In this document: positions 48,443 through 57,588 of the stretch, one piece after another
How the letters are laid out: each line of letters starts with the position of its first letter
How positions within the stretch are numbered: position 1 is the first letter of the stretch
From: a virus
Virus record (IMG/VR): IMGVR_UViG_3300027749_000051
Coordinates: 32,001 to 96,000 of that record
Strand: one strand, 5' to 3'
Length of the DNA stretch: 64,000 bases
Position numbers and translations under genes: made by a program
Notes under the pieces: model-generated
The model's input: only the letters and a program-made list of their open reading frames with translations
The model's database searches: none
What the model was told of the DNA's origin: nothing

Positions 48443-49273
48443 ATGAAAAAATTAAATATTTTAATTACAGCGGTTGTACTATTCATTAGTTCAATAGCGT
48501 TTATCGCGGCACCAGAAAGAATTACTATTAAAGGTTCTGATACTATGGTTATCTTGGCACAACGATGGGCTGAGGTTTATATGAAATCTAATAGTAACGT
48601 GGCTCTTCAAGTTACTGGAGGTGGATCAGGGATTGGTATATCGGCATTGATTAATGGATCTACTGATATTGCTAATGCTAGTCGTAAAATGAAACCAACT
48701 GAGAAGGATAAACTTAAATCAAGATACAATACTTTAGGTGTTGAAGTTGCTTGTGCTAAAGATGGCATTACGATTTATCTAAATCCTGCAAATAAAGTTA
48801 AAGAATTATCAATCGAACAATTAAGTAAGATTTATAAAGGTGAGATAACCAATTGGAAAGAAGTTGGTGGAAACAATCAACCTATTAAACTTTATGGTAG
48901 AGAAAATAGTTCAGGTACATATGTGTTCTTTCAAGAAAATGTTGTAAAGGGAGACTACTCACCAAGTTGTCAGACACTACCAGGTACGTCTGCCGTTGTA
49001 AATGCGGTCACAAAAGATGAAAATGGTATTGGATATGGTGGAGCAGCTTACGCTGAAGGAATCGCTATATGTGGGGTAAAGAAAGACAATAATAGTAAAT
49101 CATTTAAACCGACATCTGAAACTATTAAGACTGGCGATTACCCTATTACAAGATATTTATTTATGTATCTTCGTAATAGACCTACAGGTGAAACTAAAAA
49201 ATACATTGATTGGATTTTAGGTACTGAAGGACAAAAGTTAGTTGTTGATTTAGGGTATTTTCCTGTAAAATAA
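48443..49273 (+). CDS. pstS: phosphate ABC transporter substrate-binding protein
   Basis: KGSDT, GGGSGIG, DIANASR, RENSSGT, YPITRYLF. Confidence 0.92.
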   Translation: MKKLNILITAVVLFISSIAFIAAPERITIKGSDTMVILAQRWAEVYMKSNSNVALQVTGGGSGIGISALINGSTDIANASRKMKPTEKDKLKSRYNTLGVEVACAKDGITIYLNPANKVKELSIEQLSKIYKGEITNWKEVGGNNQPIKLYGRENSSGTYVFFQENVVKGDYSPSCQTLPGTSAVVNAVTKDENGIGYGGAAYAEGIAICGVKKDNNSKSFKPTSETIKTGDYPITRYLFMYLRNRPTGETKKYIDWILGTEGQKLVVDLGYFPVK

Positions 49274-49326
49274 TACAACATCTATAAATAAAAAAAGGAG
49301 GTAATATATTACTTCCTTTTTTTATG

Positions 49327-49638
49327 CTAACAATTACCGGTTAAAGTGTTAATAGAAACTACGACACCCATTTCACTGAATATCTTTTGAATGGTGTCAT
49401 CCATAAACCTATGATAGTCTTTCCTTGAGAAAGTTCCGTCTAATAACATTTTACGGTTTAAGTAACATAGAACAATGGTATCATTTCCTGTTTCGTAAGT
49501 GTATTGTTGTACATCTACATCACAGATTGCTGGGAAATTAAACGCAGCTAGTTCAATAACAATTGATTTGATTGAGGAGAGGTTTTCATTACTTTCACAA
49601 GTAATTCTTCGTGTTTTTTTGAGTTGTTTTTCGGGCAT
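49327..49638 (-). CDS. hypothetical protein
   Basis: 103-aa ORF. Confidence 0.5.
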   Translation of the reverse strand: MPEKQLKKTRRITCESNENLSSIKSIVIELAAFNFPAICDVDVQQYTYETGNDTIVLCYLNRKMLLDGTFSRKDYHRFMDDTIQKIFSEMGVVVSINTLTGNC

Positions 49639-49720
49639 GACAAGATGATTTTATAAGGATTAATGTAGTACAATATTAATCAAAATAACTAAATTAAACA
49701 ACATATAATGTTAAAAGAAT

Positions 49721-49900
49721 ATGAACAAAGAAAATAGAATAGATGGAATTTATATTCCGATAAAGGTTGGTGATATTATTTATAGTGGAAGATTTAAAAA
49801 TAAAAAAACAACTGTAAAAACTATTGGTAGTGATGAATATGGAATGCCTACTATTAATGGAAAAAGAGTATTAACCTTTCGAATTATAAAGAAAGATTAA
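49721..49900 (+). CDS. 59-aa protein (not in ORF track)
   Basis: MNKENRIDGIYIPIKVGDIIYSGRFKNK..GMPTINGK. Confidence 0.65.
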   Translation: MNKENRIDGIYIPIKVGDIIYSGRFKNKKTTVKTIGSDEYGMPTINGKRVLTFRIIKKD

Positions 49901-49912
49901 TACTCTTTTTGA

Positions 49913-50125
49913 TTATGGTTGTAACTTTTTTATTATTTCAGTTATTCCATCACTTCCAAATTTATACCTTTTATAGAGGGCATGTTTGTCTTCCTTGTAC
50001 CAAACTTCAAATCCTGTGTCATCCATAACAACACTAAGAATTTCGCCTGTGTTTGATGAGAAAGTTATCGGAGATTCAGACTCTCCGATAACAAAGTTTC
50101 CGTATTTGTCTACATCTATTTTCAT
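49913..50125 (-). CDS. hypothetical protein
   Basis: Downstream of metK, same strand. Confidence 0.5.
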   Translation of the reverse strand: MKIDVDKYGNFVIGESESPITFSSNTGEILSVVMDDTGFEVWYKEDKHALYKRYKFGSDGITEIIKKLQP

Positions 50126-50132
50126 TACAGAT

Positions 50133-51116
50133 CTACTTCCAGTTAAAATTGTTTCCCATATGTCCCCACATTGCAGTTTCAGAGTATATTGGGTTTTTTA
50201 GGTCCAAATGTTTGATGATACCCTGTGGTGATAAATCGTATTTGTTTAATCCTAGTGGTAGTGTTGCGATGTTAAACTCAATACCATCAATTATTGATGT
50301 GGATTGTAAAGGTTGGTCATATCCGATTGCGTATGATAATTGGACAAATACTTCTTTTGCTGATGGATATGCTTTTAATAGATCTACAGCTACTTTACGA
50401 GCCATATATGCTGCACTTCTATCTACTTTTGTTGCGTCCTTACCACTAAATGCTCCTCCGCCAATCGGGATCCTTGGTCCATAGTTATCCACGGCAAGTT
50501 TTCTACCAGTAACACCAGCATCGGCGTCAAATCCGCCCATATTCCAATCACCAGCAGGATTACAATGTAGTGCCTCGATTCTATAACCTTCAGTTGAACA
50601 GAAATCTTTACATAAAGTTTCTAATTCTTCTTTTGGTGCGTTTTGGAAAGAACACACTACTCTAACACTACGATTTTCTTGGTCTAATGTGATTTGTGTT
50701 TTACCATCGTAAGGGTATTGTTCGTATACCACTTTATTCAACTTTCTTGCCAGATAATATTCTTGTGGTACTAACTCTTCATTCTCATTACATGCATAAC
50801 CAATCATAATTCCTTGGTCACCAGCACCACCAACATCAACACCTTGAGCGATCTCAGGTGATTGTTTTACTAAGTTAATGATAACATCATCAACATTGGC
50901 GATTTCTTTAACGATCTCTCTAATTTTTTCATCTGAAATTTTGTATTCAGATGTTACTTCACCTGTGATGAATACTTTGGAGTGACCTCCACAGGTTTCA
51001 ACGGCACATCTTGATTGTGGGTCGTTTTTTAAATGGTCATCCAAGATTGCGTCTGAGATTCTATCACAAAGCTTATCAGGATGTTTCGGGGATACAAATT
51101 CTGCTGTTCTAATCAT
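50133..51116 (-). CDS. metK: S-adenosylmethionine synthetase (compact form)
   Basis: HPDKLCDRISD, GAGDQG, DAGVTGRK, GGGAFSGKDATKVDRSAAY. Confidence 0.95.
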   Translation of the reverse strand: MIRTAEFVSPKHPDKLCDRISDAILDDHLKNDPQSRCAVETCGGHSKVFITGEVTSEYKISDEKIREIVKEIANVDDVIINLVKQSPEIAQGVDVGGAGDQGIMIGYACNENEELVPQEYYLARKLNKVVYEQYPYDGKTQITLDQENRSVRVVCSFQNAPKEELETLCKDFCSTEGYRIEALHCNPAGDWNMGGFDADAGVTGRKLAVDNYGPRIPIGGGAFSGKDATKVDRSAAYMARKVAVDLLKAYPSAKEVFVQLSYAIGYDQPLQSTSIIDGIEFNIATLPLGLNKYDLSPQGIIKHLDLKNPIYSETAMWGHMGNNFNWK

Positions 51117-51159
51117 ATCAATTTTATTTTATTTTATGTTCTATTTTTAAGTATAATAA

Positions 51160-51189
51160 AAAAGGATGTCAAACTCAAGTTGACATCCT
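51160..51189 (-). terminator. intrinsic terminator between ahcY and metK
   Basis: AGGATGTCAA-7 nt-TTGACATCCT followed by T-run on minus strand. Confidence 0.65.
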
Positions 51190-51212
51190 CTTAATATTTG
51201 TGTTAATTGTTA

Positions 51213-52622
51213 TTAATATCGATATTCGTCTTTTTTGTAAGGACCATTAACATCGACTCCAAGATATTCTGACTGATCTGGTGTTAAGGTTGTTAACTTG
51301 ATTCCTAATTGACCAATATGTAATCTTGCCACTTCTTCATCCAAATGTTTTGGTAATGTGTGAACACCTACAGGGTAATCATTTGTCGCCAATTCAATTT
51401 GAGCTAAGACTTGGTTGGTGAATGAGGTACTCATTACAAAAGATGGGTGACCTGTTGCACACCCTAAGTTAACTAATCTACCTTCAGCCAATAGATAGAT
51501 TGAGTGTCCATCTTCGAAAGTATATTTATCAACCTGTGGTTTGATATTTGTTCTGATAACAGTTTTATCAGAATGTAATTTTTCTACTTGGATCTCATTA
51601 TCGAAATGTCCGATATTACAAACAATTGCCTCATCCTTCATTTGTGACATGTGTTCCAATGTAATAACATCTTTATTACCTGTTGTGGTTACATAGATAT
51701 TACCAACAGATAATGAATCTTCAATTGTCTGTACTTGGAACCCTTCCATTGATGCTTGTAATGCGCAGATGGGGTCAATCTCAGTTATGATAACTCGTGC
51801 TCCATAACTCTTCATAGACTTCGCACATCCTTTGCCAACATCACCATATCCTGCAATTACAACAACTTTACCAGCGATCATAACATCTGTTGCTCGTTTG
51901 ATTCCATCAGCAAGTGATTCACGACAACCATATAAGTTATCGAATTTGGATTTGGTTACAGAGTCATTAACATTAAATGCTGGGAACAATAGTTTATCGT
52001 TTTCATACATTTGATATAATCTATGTACACCTGTTGTTGTTTCTTCAGATACTCCAATAATTCCTTCAACCGCATTTTCCCATCGTTCATTGTTAGATGA
52101 TAGAATTTCTTTTAGAATATGGTTAAACTCATATTCGTCTTCACCATTGGTTGGAAGATCTAAGATGTTTGGATCTTTTTCAGCATCATACCCACGATGG
52201 ATCATTAATGTTGCGTCGCCACCATCATCAACAATTAAGTTTGGCCCTTCACCATTAGGAAATTCCAATGCTTTAGCGGTACACCACCAATATTCTTCTA
52301 ATGTTTCACCTTTCCATGCAAAAACAGGAATACCTGCTTCAGCAATGGCTGCGGCAGCATGATCTTGTGTTGAGAAAATATTACAACTACACCATCTAAC
52401 ATCTGCTCCAAGTTCTTTTAATGTTTCAATTAACACTGCAGTTTGGATTGTCATATGTAATGACCCAGTAATTTTGTGTCCTGATAAAGGTTTAGTTTTA
52501 CCATATTTCTCACGAAGAGACATAAGTCCTGGCATTTCTTTTTCTGCAATCTTAATTTCTTTTCTTCCGTATTCTGCAAGATTAATATCTGCTACGGCAT
52601 AGTCTGTAAATTCCATATTCAT
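51213..52622 (-). CDS. ahcY: S-adenosylhomocysteine hydrolase
   Basis: [50 protein letters not shown]. Confidence 0.97.
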   Translation of the reverse strand: MNMEFTDYAVADINLAEYGRKEIKIAEKEMPGLMSLREKYGKTKPLSGHKITGSLHMTIQTAVLIETLKELGADVRWCSCNIFSTQDHAAAAIAEAGIPVFAWKGETLEEYWWCTAKALEFPNGEGPNLIVDDGGDATLMIHRGYDAEKDPNILDLPTNGEDEYEFNHILKEILSSNNERWENAVEGIIGVSEETTTGVHRLYQMYENDKLLFPAFNVNDSVTKSKFDNLYGCRESLADGIKRATDVMIAGKVVVIAGYGDVGKGCAKSMKSYGARVIITEIDPICALQASMEGFQVQTIEDSLSVGNIYVTTTGNKDVITLEHMSQMKDEAIVCNIGHFDNEIQVEKLHSDKTVIRTNIKPQVDKYTFEDGHSIYLLAEGRLVNLGCATGHPSFVMSTSFTNQVLAQIELATNDYPVGVHTLPKHLDEEVARLHIGQLGIKLTTLTPDQSEYLGVDVNGPYKKDEYRY

Positions 52623-52735
52623 TTTATTATTTAATTTATTGTGTTGTTTATAATATATAATCGAACTTATGATTTTATTAAATAATTTAAAGAATAATTT
52701 AATAAAATAGTTGTATTTATAGATAAACTATATCT

Positions 52736-52918
52736 ATGAAAACATTAATAATTATTGTGCTTATTATTGCAATTGTTGCTTTAATTAGCTTTGCTGTTTA
52801 TGCGGTTCGAGATCATAAAGATGAGATATCCGATATTATTAAAGATGAAGAACGGATAGTTAAAATCGCAATTAAGGAAAAGATAAAGAATATATTTAAA
52901 AAAATCTTTAATAAGTAA
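52736..52918 (+). CDS. small membrane protein
   Basis: N-terminal TM; TATTTAT at 52714. Confidence 0.6.
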   Translation: MKTLIIIVLIIAIVALISFAVYAVRDHKDEISDIIKDEERIVKIAIKEKIKNIFKKIFNK

Positions 52919-52947
52919 AAGAATCCCCACTTGGGGATTTTTTTATT

Positions 52948-53322
52948 TTATTGATATTGTTCGTAACTCTTTTCTTCAGTTAAGTTAGACCCTGTCAATT
53001 CATTTATTTGTCGTTTGACTTCAGATCGTTTATCGTTAATGAAATAAACTGATCTTGCGGTTTGAATGAAATCGTCACCAAAATCTTTTGATCTTTCTAG
53101 ATCTCTGATATGGTCTTCAATGTCCCATAGTTGATTGTTTATCTTATACAATTCTTGGTAAAGAGGGTGAGTCTTCTCAATGATTGTGGCTACTGCAGAG
53201 TCCAATATTAAAAACTCTTTTTGTAGGTTTGTTAGTTTATCTACATTTGAGATACGACTAATTTTAATTTCTATAATAGATAGTTTATCTACTATTTCTC
53301 CGTTTGATACTTCAATATTCAT
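52948..53322 (-). CDS. DUF6165 family protein
   Basis: IEVSNGEIVDKLSIIEIK..LWDIED..R.VY..ND.R. Confidence 0.8.
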   Translation of the reverse strand: MNIEVSNGEIVDKLSIIEIKISRISNVDKLTNLQKEFLILDSAVATIIEKTHPLYQELYKINNQLWDIEDHIRDLERSKDFGDDFIQTARSVYFINDKRSEVKRQINELTGSNLTEEKSYEQYQ

Positions 53323-53326
53323 TTTA

Positions 53327-53857
53327 CTATGTTTTAGATTTATGATTTAATATTTCTTCAACCTTATAATCTTCCCAACTGCCAGCATCTATAGTTTTTT
53401 CTACCTTATGATTAAGGACATCTTCTATATCAGTTTCAGGAAAATTAAATACAACCACAGGTTTTTCTATTTTATAATCGAGGACATTATCTATGTTACG
53501 GTTATCTCTGCCTTGGAAAGATAAAGTTTTTTCTACCTTATGATTGAGGACATCTTCTACTTCCGATTCATCTATAATATTTCTATGTCGAGGTGTATCT
53601 ACTTTATAATTAAGGATATCTTCTACAAAAGAGGATAGGATAGGTTCAAACTCATTTCGTTCCATTGAAAATATGGTAAAAAAATCAGAGAAAAACCACC
53701 ATCTCCAATACAAGATTCCTCGTTTTTTATATTCTAAATACCAATACTTATTTTCTCTGTCAATAATCCATATGGAGTCTTCATATGGAATTATCTCAGT
53801 ATGTTTCAGATCATTATATAGTTTATCAAATATTATTTTCTTTAATCTGGGGTTCAT
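53327..53857 (-). CDS. array-gene paralog 1 (WWRW domain plus five degenerate 22-aa units)
   Basis: Shared ~75-aa N-domain; VEDILNxKV units at 66-nt period. Confidence 0.85.
   Translation of the reverse strand: MNPRLKKIIFDKLYNDLKHTEIIPYEDSIWIIDRENKYWYLEYKKRGILYWRWWFFSDFFTIFSMERNEFEPILSSFVEDILNYKVDTPRHRNIIDESEVEDVLNHKVEKTLSFQGRDNRNIDNVLDYKIEKPVVVFNFPETDIEDVLNHKVEKTIDAGSWEDYKVEEILNHKSKT
53328..53627 (-). repeat. in-frame 36+30 nt repeat-spacer array, 5 degenerate repeats, 4 spacers
   Basis: Repeats at 53592, 53526, 53460, 53394, 53328 (plus-strand starts). Confidence 0.75.
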
Positions 53858-53858
53858 T

Positions 53859-54408
53859 TTAATTAAGTATATTATCTACTTTAACAGGCCATGGGCAATA
53901 ATCTGCTTTTGCTGTATTTACCTTATGATTCAGTACATCGTCCAATATTTTGTAGTTCTCAACCAATGATTTCATAGATGTTTCTCCATTATGGTTAAGT
54001 ACATCTGCCGTCGGGTTTACGAATCCGCAATAACCGATCTTAGTTGCATCTACCTTATGATTAAGGATGTCTTCCTCTTTAGTGTAACCTGTTGTGTTTC
54101 GCCAAGTAGATATTGTTACTTTAGGGTTAAGGATGTCTTTCACCACTGGTGTTTGCGAATCGTTTGTAAAAAAGGATTTACTTACCTTATGATTAAGGAT
54201 GTTTTCCACCTTAAGATGAGTAAGAAAATCTATACCATTAGATGTACTTACCTTATGATTAAGGATGACTTCCACCGATGCGATGGCTGGACCAACACCA
54301 GTATCGGATGTGTTTACCTTATAATTAAGGATGTCTTCCACCAATGCAGAGAAAGCATTTGAAAGAAGAACAGATGTGCCTACCTTATGATTAAGGATGT
54401 CTTCCACC
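53859..54408 (-). CRISPR. CRISPR-like in-frame array: 8 full repeats plus a truncated one, 8 unique 30-nt spacers
   Basis: First repeat GGTGGAAGACATCCTTAATCATAAGGTAGGCACATC (54373-54408); strict 66-nt period; degenerates distally; no cas gene in window. Confidence 0.55.
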
Positions 54409-54638
54409 ATAGAAGTTAGAAATGGTTTATACTCATTTTGTTCCAATGAGAATAGTTGGAAAAAATTATTGAAAAACTCCCATCTCCACCATAATGTTCC
54501 TGATTTTTCAAATTCAAAATACCAGTACTTTTCTTTTCTATCAATAAACCATATCGCATTATTATATGGGATTATCTCCACATGTTTCAGATCGTTATAT
54601 AGTTTATCTAATATAATTTTTTTTAATCTCTCGTTCAT
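53859..54638 (-). CDS. array-gene paralog 2 (WWRW domain plus nine 22-aa units)
   Basis: Same N-domain; longest array. Confidence 0.88.
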   Translation of the reverse strand: MNERLKKIILDKLYNDLKHVEIIPYNNAIWFIDRKEKYWYFEFEKSGTLWWRWEFFNNFFQLFSLEQNEYKPFLTSMVEDILNHKVGTSVLLSNAFSALVEDILNYKVNTSDTGVGPAIASVEVILNHKVSTSNGIDFLTHLKVENILNHKVSKSFFTNDSQTPVVKDILNPKVTISTWRNTTGYTKEEDILNHKVDATKIGYCGFVNPTADVLNHNGETSMKSLVENYKILDDVLNHKVNTAKADYCPWPVKVDNILN

Positions 54639-54641
54639 AGT

Positions 54642-55109
54642 TTATATTTTATTTACCTTACGATTTAAGATTCTTTCTACCAATCCTTCAGGTGGAACTT
54701 CATCAAAGAATGTTGTTTTTACCTTACGATTTAAGATGTCTTCCACCCAGCCTTTGGCTTTACCTATGAAATTATTTGATGTATCTACCTTACGATTTAA
54801 GATGTCTTCCACCGGGTCGATCGATTGATATTCCCCATTGAAAGATGTATCTACCTTACGATTTAAGATGTCTTCCACCATATCTCGTATAAGTGGCTCA
54901 TACTCATCTCGTTCCAATGAAAACAGGTAGAAAAAATTATTGAAAAACTCCCATCTCCACCACAGAGTTCCATTTTTATTCAATTTAAAGTACCAGTATT
55001 TTTCATTTGGATCTATTGCCCATATATTGCCATCATCGACAATAATTTCGGAGCCCTTCATATCGTTCAAAAGTTTATCAAATATTATTTTCTTTATCCT
55101 GTCGTTCAT
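54642..55109 (-). CDS. array-gene paralog 3 (WWRW domain plus four 22-aa units)
   Basis: Same N-domain. Confidence 0.88.
   Translation of the reverse strand: MNDRIKKIIFDKLLNDMKGSEIIVDDGNIWAIDPNEKYWYFKLNKNGTLWWRWEFFNNFFYLFSLERDEYEPLIRDMVEDILNRKVDTSFNGEYQSIDPVEDILNRKVDTSNNFIGKAKGWVEDILNRKVKTTFFDEVPPEGLVERILNRKVNKI
54646..54879 (-). CRISPR. CRISPR-like in-frame array: 4 repeats, 3 spacers
   Basis: Two identical GGTGGAAGACATCTTAAATCGTAAGGTAGATACATC (54844, 54778), third ends AAAACAAC, fourth degenerate. Confidence 0.6.
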
Positions 55110-55128
55110 ATCATCTAAATTATCTTGG

Positions 55129-55159
55129 CAAAGATATTAAAAAAGATTAATACAACAAA
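55129..55159 (-). promoter_or_regulatory. Bacteroidota-type promoter driving the array-gene cluster
   Basis: Minus strand TTTG (55156-55159), 19 nt, TATCTTTG (55129-55136). Confidence 0.75.
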
Positions 55160-55173
55160 ATATTTTCAAGGAT

Positions 55174-55205
55174 ATTGTGTGATTGAATTAATTTTATTAT
55201 CTTTG
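55174..55205 (+). promoter_or_regulatory. divergent Bacteroidota-type promoter
   Basis: ATTG, 20 nt, TATCTTTG. Confidence 0.65.
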
Positions 55206-55245
55206 TGGAATAGAAAGTAAGTTATTAAATTAAAAGTTAAATAAT

Positions 55246-55407
55246 ATGTGGGTTAAGAAGAAGATTTTGGATCATTGGACTTATATTGAAAGAAAGACCA
55301 AAGTATTTGTTAGACGGGATTATCGTAATAACACCGTTGTGATTAATTTTATGGAAGGTGGTCCTTGTACTTTATATACTTATAAAGGTGAATGGATTGC
55401 GGGTTAA
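55246..55407 (+). CDS. 53-aa protein (not in ORF track)
   Basis: MWVKKKILDHWTYIERK...; first ORF after promoter. Confidence 0.55.
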   Translation: MWVKKKILDHWTYIERKTKVFVRRDYRNNTVVINFMEGGPCTLYTYKGEWIAG

Positions 55408-55428
55408 AAAAGAATTGGAGGAAAAGAA

Positions 55429-55980
55429 ATGAGCGGAGGACACTTTGATTACAAACAAAACGAAATCGGTTATATTGCCGATGAGATAGAAAGCACCATT
55501 GAAAGAAATGGTAAGGAAAAGACCCAAGAGGAATTAAGAGATGAAGGATGGTGTAATTCTGAATTTCATAATCAATATCCTGAAGATAAATTTCACTATA
55601 AATATCCGGATGATGTTATTGAGAAATTTAAAGAGGCTGTTAATTTATTAAGAAAAGCACAAATCTATGCTCACAGAATTGATAGGTTATTATCAGGAGA
55701 TGATGGAGAAGAATCATTTATTAAACGATTAAATGATGAATTGGATAAAATTGAGATTCCACTACCAAATGACGCGTTAATAGAGGCGGCACAACGATAT
55801 AAGGAAAATGTTAGTGCAGGAGCGCTTACATCATCTAGTAATGGTTTAACATTGTCACCATCAACTATTAGTGGAATATGGAGTAGTAGCACTACTACTT
55901 GGAAAGGTGGTTATGTCACAAATAACTTTGAATCTTATTATATGGGTGAGAATGGTAATAAACATATAAATAATAAATGA
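55429..55980 (+). CDS. hypothetical phage protein
   Basis: MSGGHFDY..DWLLSGDDGE-like motif (DRLLSGDDGEESF). Confidence 0.65.
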   Translation: MSGGHFDYKQNEIGYIADEIESTIERNGKEKTQEELRDEGWCNSEFHNQYPEDKFHYKYPDDVIEKFKEAVNLLRKAQIYAHRIDRLLSGDDGEESFIKRLNDELDKIEIPLPNDALIEAAQRYKENVSAGALTSSSNGLTLSPSTISGIWSSSTTTWKGGYVTNNFESYYMGENGNKHINNK

Positions 55981-56435
55981 AAACTCAGAAAGAATATCCT
56001 GAGACACACTTCAGGAGCAGTGAGGCGGAAAGAATTCACAATGAGGGTTATGAACTGATGCTCATTAATAATACTTTACCTTTTAACAACAGACCAGTTC
56101 TCGGAGATGCAAAACACGGATTTGTTAGTATGAGTTGGGATGCTTGGCATAAGAATAGGGATAGTATGAGACTTAAACGACTTACCAATCCTCAACTCCT
56201 CAACGGAGAAATTAAGAATGATAGAATCGTTTCATTATATAAAGGATGTAAGGTTCATCTAATGAATAAGGGTGGGACATACATTGTTAAATCATATGAT
56301 AATGAGGTGGCTGTGATCACTTGTCAGAGATGGGTTAACCAGAAAGAATGGGGACAAAGATACAGAGATACCTTAACAGTTCCAAGAAGTGAAATAAAAT
56401 GTCATTATGGGGGAACAAAATACGGCAAGTTGTAA
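55977..56435 (+). CDS. hypothetical protein
   Basis: Coupled ORF. Confidence 0.6.
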   Translation: MKTQKEYPETHFRSSEAERIHNEGYELMLINNTLPFNNRPVLGDAKHGFVSMSWDAWHKNRDSMRLKRLTNPQLLNGEIKNDRIVSLYKGCKVHLMNKGGTYIVKSYDNEVAVITCQRWVNQKEWGQRYRDTLTVPRSEIKCHYGGTKYGKL

Positions 56436-56479
56436 TATTTTTATTATATTTGTATAATTAATCATTAAATCTTTTAGAT

Positions 56480-56731
56480 ATGACCGAATCGGACAGTGCT
56501 ATTTTAGAAACACTTATTACAAAGTTATTAGAAGGAGTTGAATTAGAATCAAAAACAGAAACCGCGATTGGATATCACGGAAGTTCACAGGGAGAAGAGA
56601 TTACTTATACGATACATTATAATCCGTATCGTAGGACTTGGGAACCAAAAGAGTTTGCCTTAATGGGGCATGTGTTCTCAAAAATTAAACCAATAATCTT
56701 AAAAATTATAAATAAAGATGGGAATGTTTGA
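56480..56731 (+). CDS. hypothetical protein
   Basis: Follows TATATTTG at 56445-56452. Confidence 0.55.
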   Translation: MTESDSAILETLITKLLEGVELESKTETAIGYHGSSQGEEITYTIHYNPYRRTWEPKEFALMGHVFSKIKPIILKIINKDGNV

Positions 56732-57101
56732 TACACTTTACATCAATATAGACAAATTGCCTATATCTGATAAGGAAAAAGAAACTATCGGCAATGATAC
56801 CGAATGGCAGACCAAATCTTTTGATTGCGTCTTAACGGAGATATACATAACCGATCAGAACGAATTAAAGATCAATCGATGGAATTATGAGGATGTTCCA
56901 TTGGAAGACAGACCAAATCCACTTAAAGAAGGAATACTTGGATTTATGGGAAGCCTGAGAAGAGCCAATGAGAGATTGGAAATAATGTCTTATAATGGAT
57001 ATGTTAACTTTTATGGTAAAGGAGGAGATGATTGGTATGAGTTTAATGCCAAGTTTATTGATGGACTACTTCAAGGGATTGAGGGTGGAAAAATAGTTTA
57101 A
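56718..57101 (+). CDS. hypothetical phage protein
   Basis: MGMFD..WQTKSFDC..W.EF.A.F..G pattern. Confidence 0.65.
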   Translation: MGMFDTLYINIDKLPISDKEKETIGNDTEWQTKSFDCVLTEIYITDQNELKINRWNYEDVPLEDRPNPLKEGILGFMGSLRRANERLEIMSYNGYVNFYGKGGDDWYEFNAKFIDGLLQGIEGGKIV

Positions 57102-57106
57102 GGTTG

Positions 57107-57268
57107 ATGAAGCATAGTTTTTGGAGGATATGGGCAAAATCATTAGGGGAGAAAACAGGAGAGACCGATGAGGAAGCAGATAGAGTTGCGATGGTTAGAA
57201 CAATAATCTTAATGGTATACATTATAACCAATTTAGTTATAATCGCAGGAATAATTAGACACTGGTAA
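57107..57268 (+). CDS. 53-aa conserved small phage membrane protein (not in ORF track)
   Basis: WRIWAKSLGEK..ADRVA..RT..ITN...AGIIRHW. Confidence 0.7.
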   Translation: MKHSFWRIWAKSLGEKTGETDEEADRVAMVRTIILMVYIITNLVIIAGIIRHW

Positions 57269-57300
57269 TTAACCCTCACCCAAAAGGTGGGGGTTAATTA
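57268..57300. terminator. bidirectional terminator of CCTCACC/GGTGGGG family
   Basis: AACCCTCACC-caaaa-GGTGGGGGTT between convergent genes. Confidence 0.75.
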
Positions 57301-57561
57301 TGAGATAACTTTAACTGGCAACTTATATCCTTTTTTGAACCAAGCGGATATAACAATAAGGATTACATTATCAATGTAACCTTTTCCAAACTTCTTATTC
57401 AACTCGGACCTAACTATATCACTACAATACATTGTTGAGGTCTTAATATCAAATAAGAAATACTCGTTATGCCAGGTCTGCTCAACCTTATCATAGTAAA
57501 GGTATGGGAACCCAAATTTATCATCTATGAATTTAACTATGTGTTTTTCTATTGTTGTCAT
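57298..57561 (-). CDS. hypothetical protein
   Basis: 87-aa ORF. Confidence 0.55.
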   Translation of the reverse strand: MTTIEKHIVKFIDDKFGFPYLYYDKVEQTWHNEYFLFDIKTSTMYCSDIVRSELNKKFGKGYIDNVILIVISAWFKKGYKLPVKVIS

Positions 57562-57588
57562 ATATACAAATATAATATATTTATTAAT

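Noticed and set aside
51116-52735. SAM/SAH riboswitch at metK or ahcY
   Set aside because: Leaders are short and almost purely A/T; only a terminator hairpin is visible.
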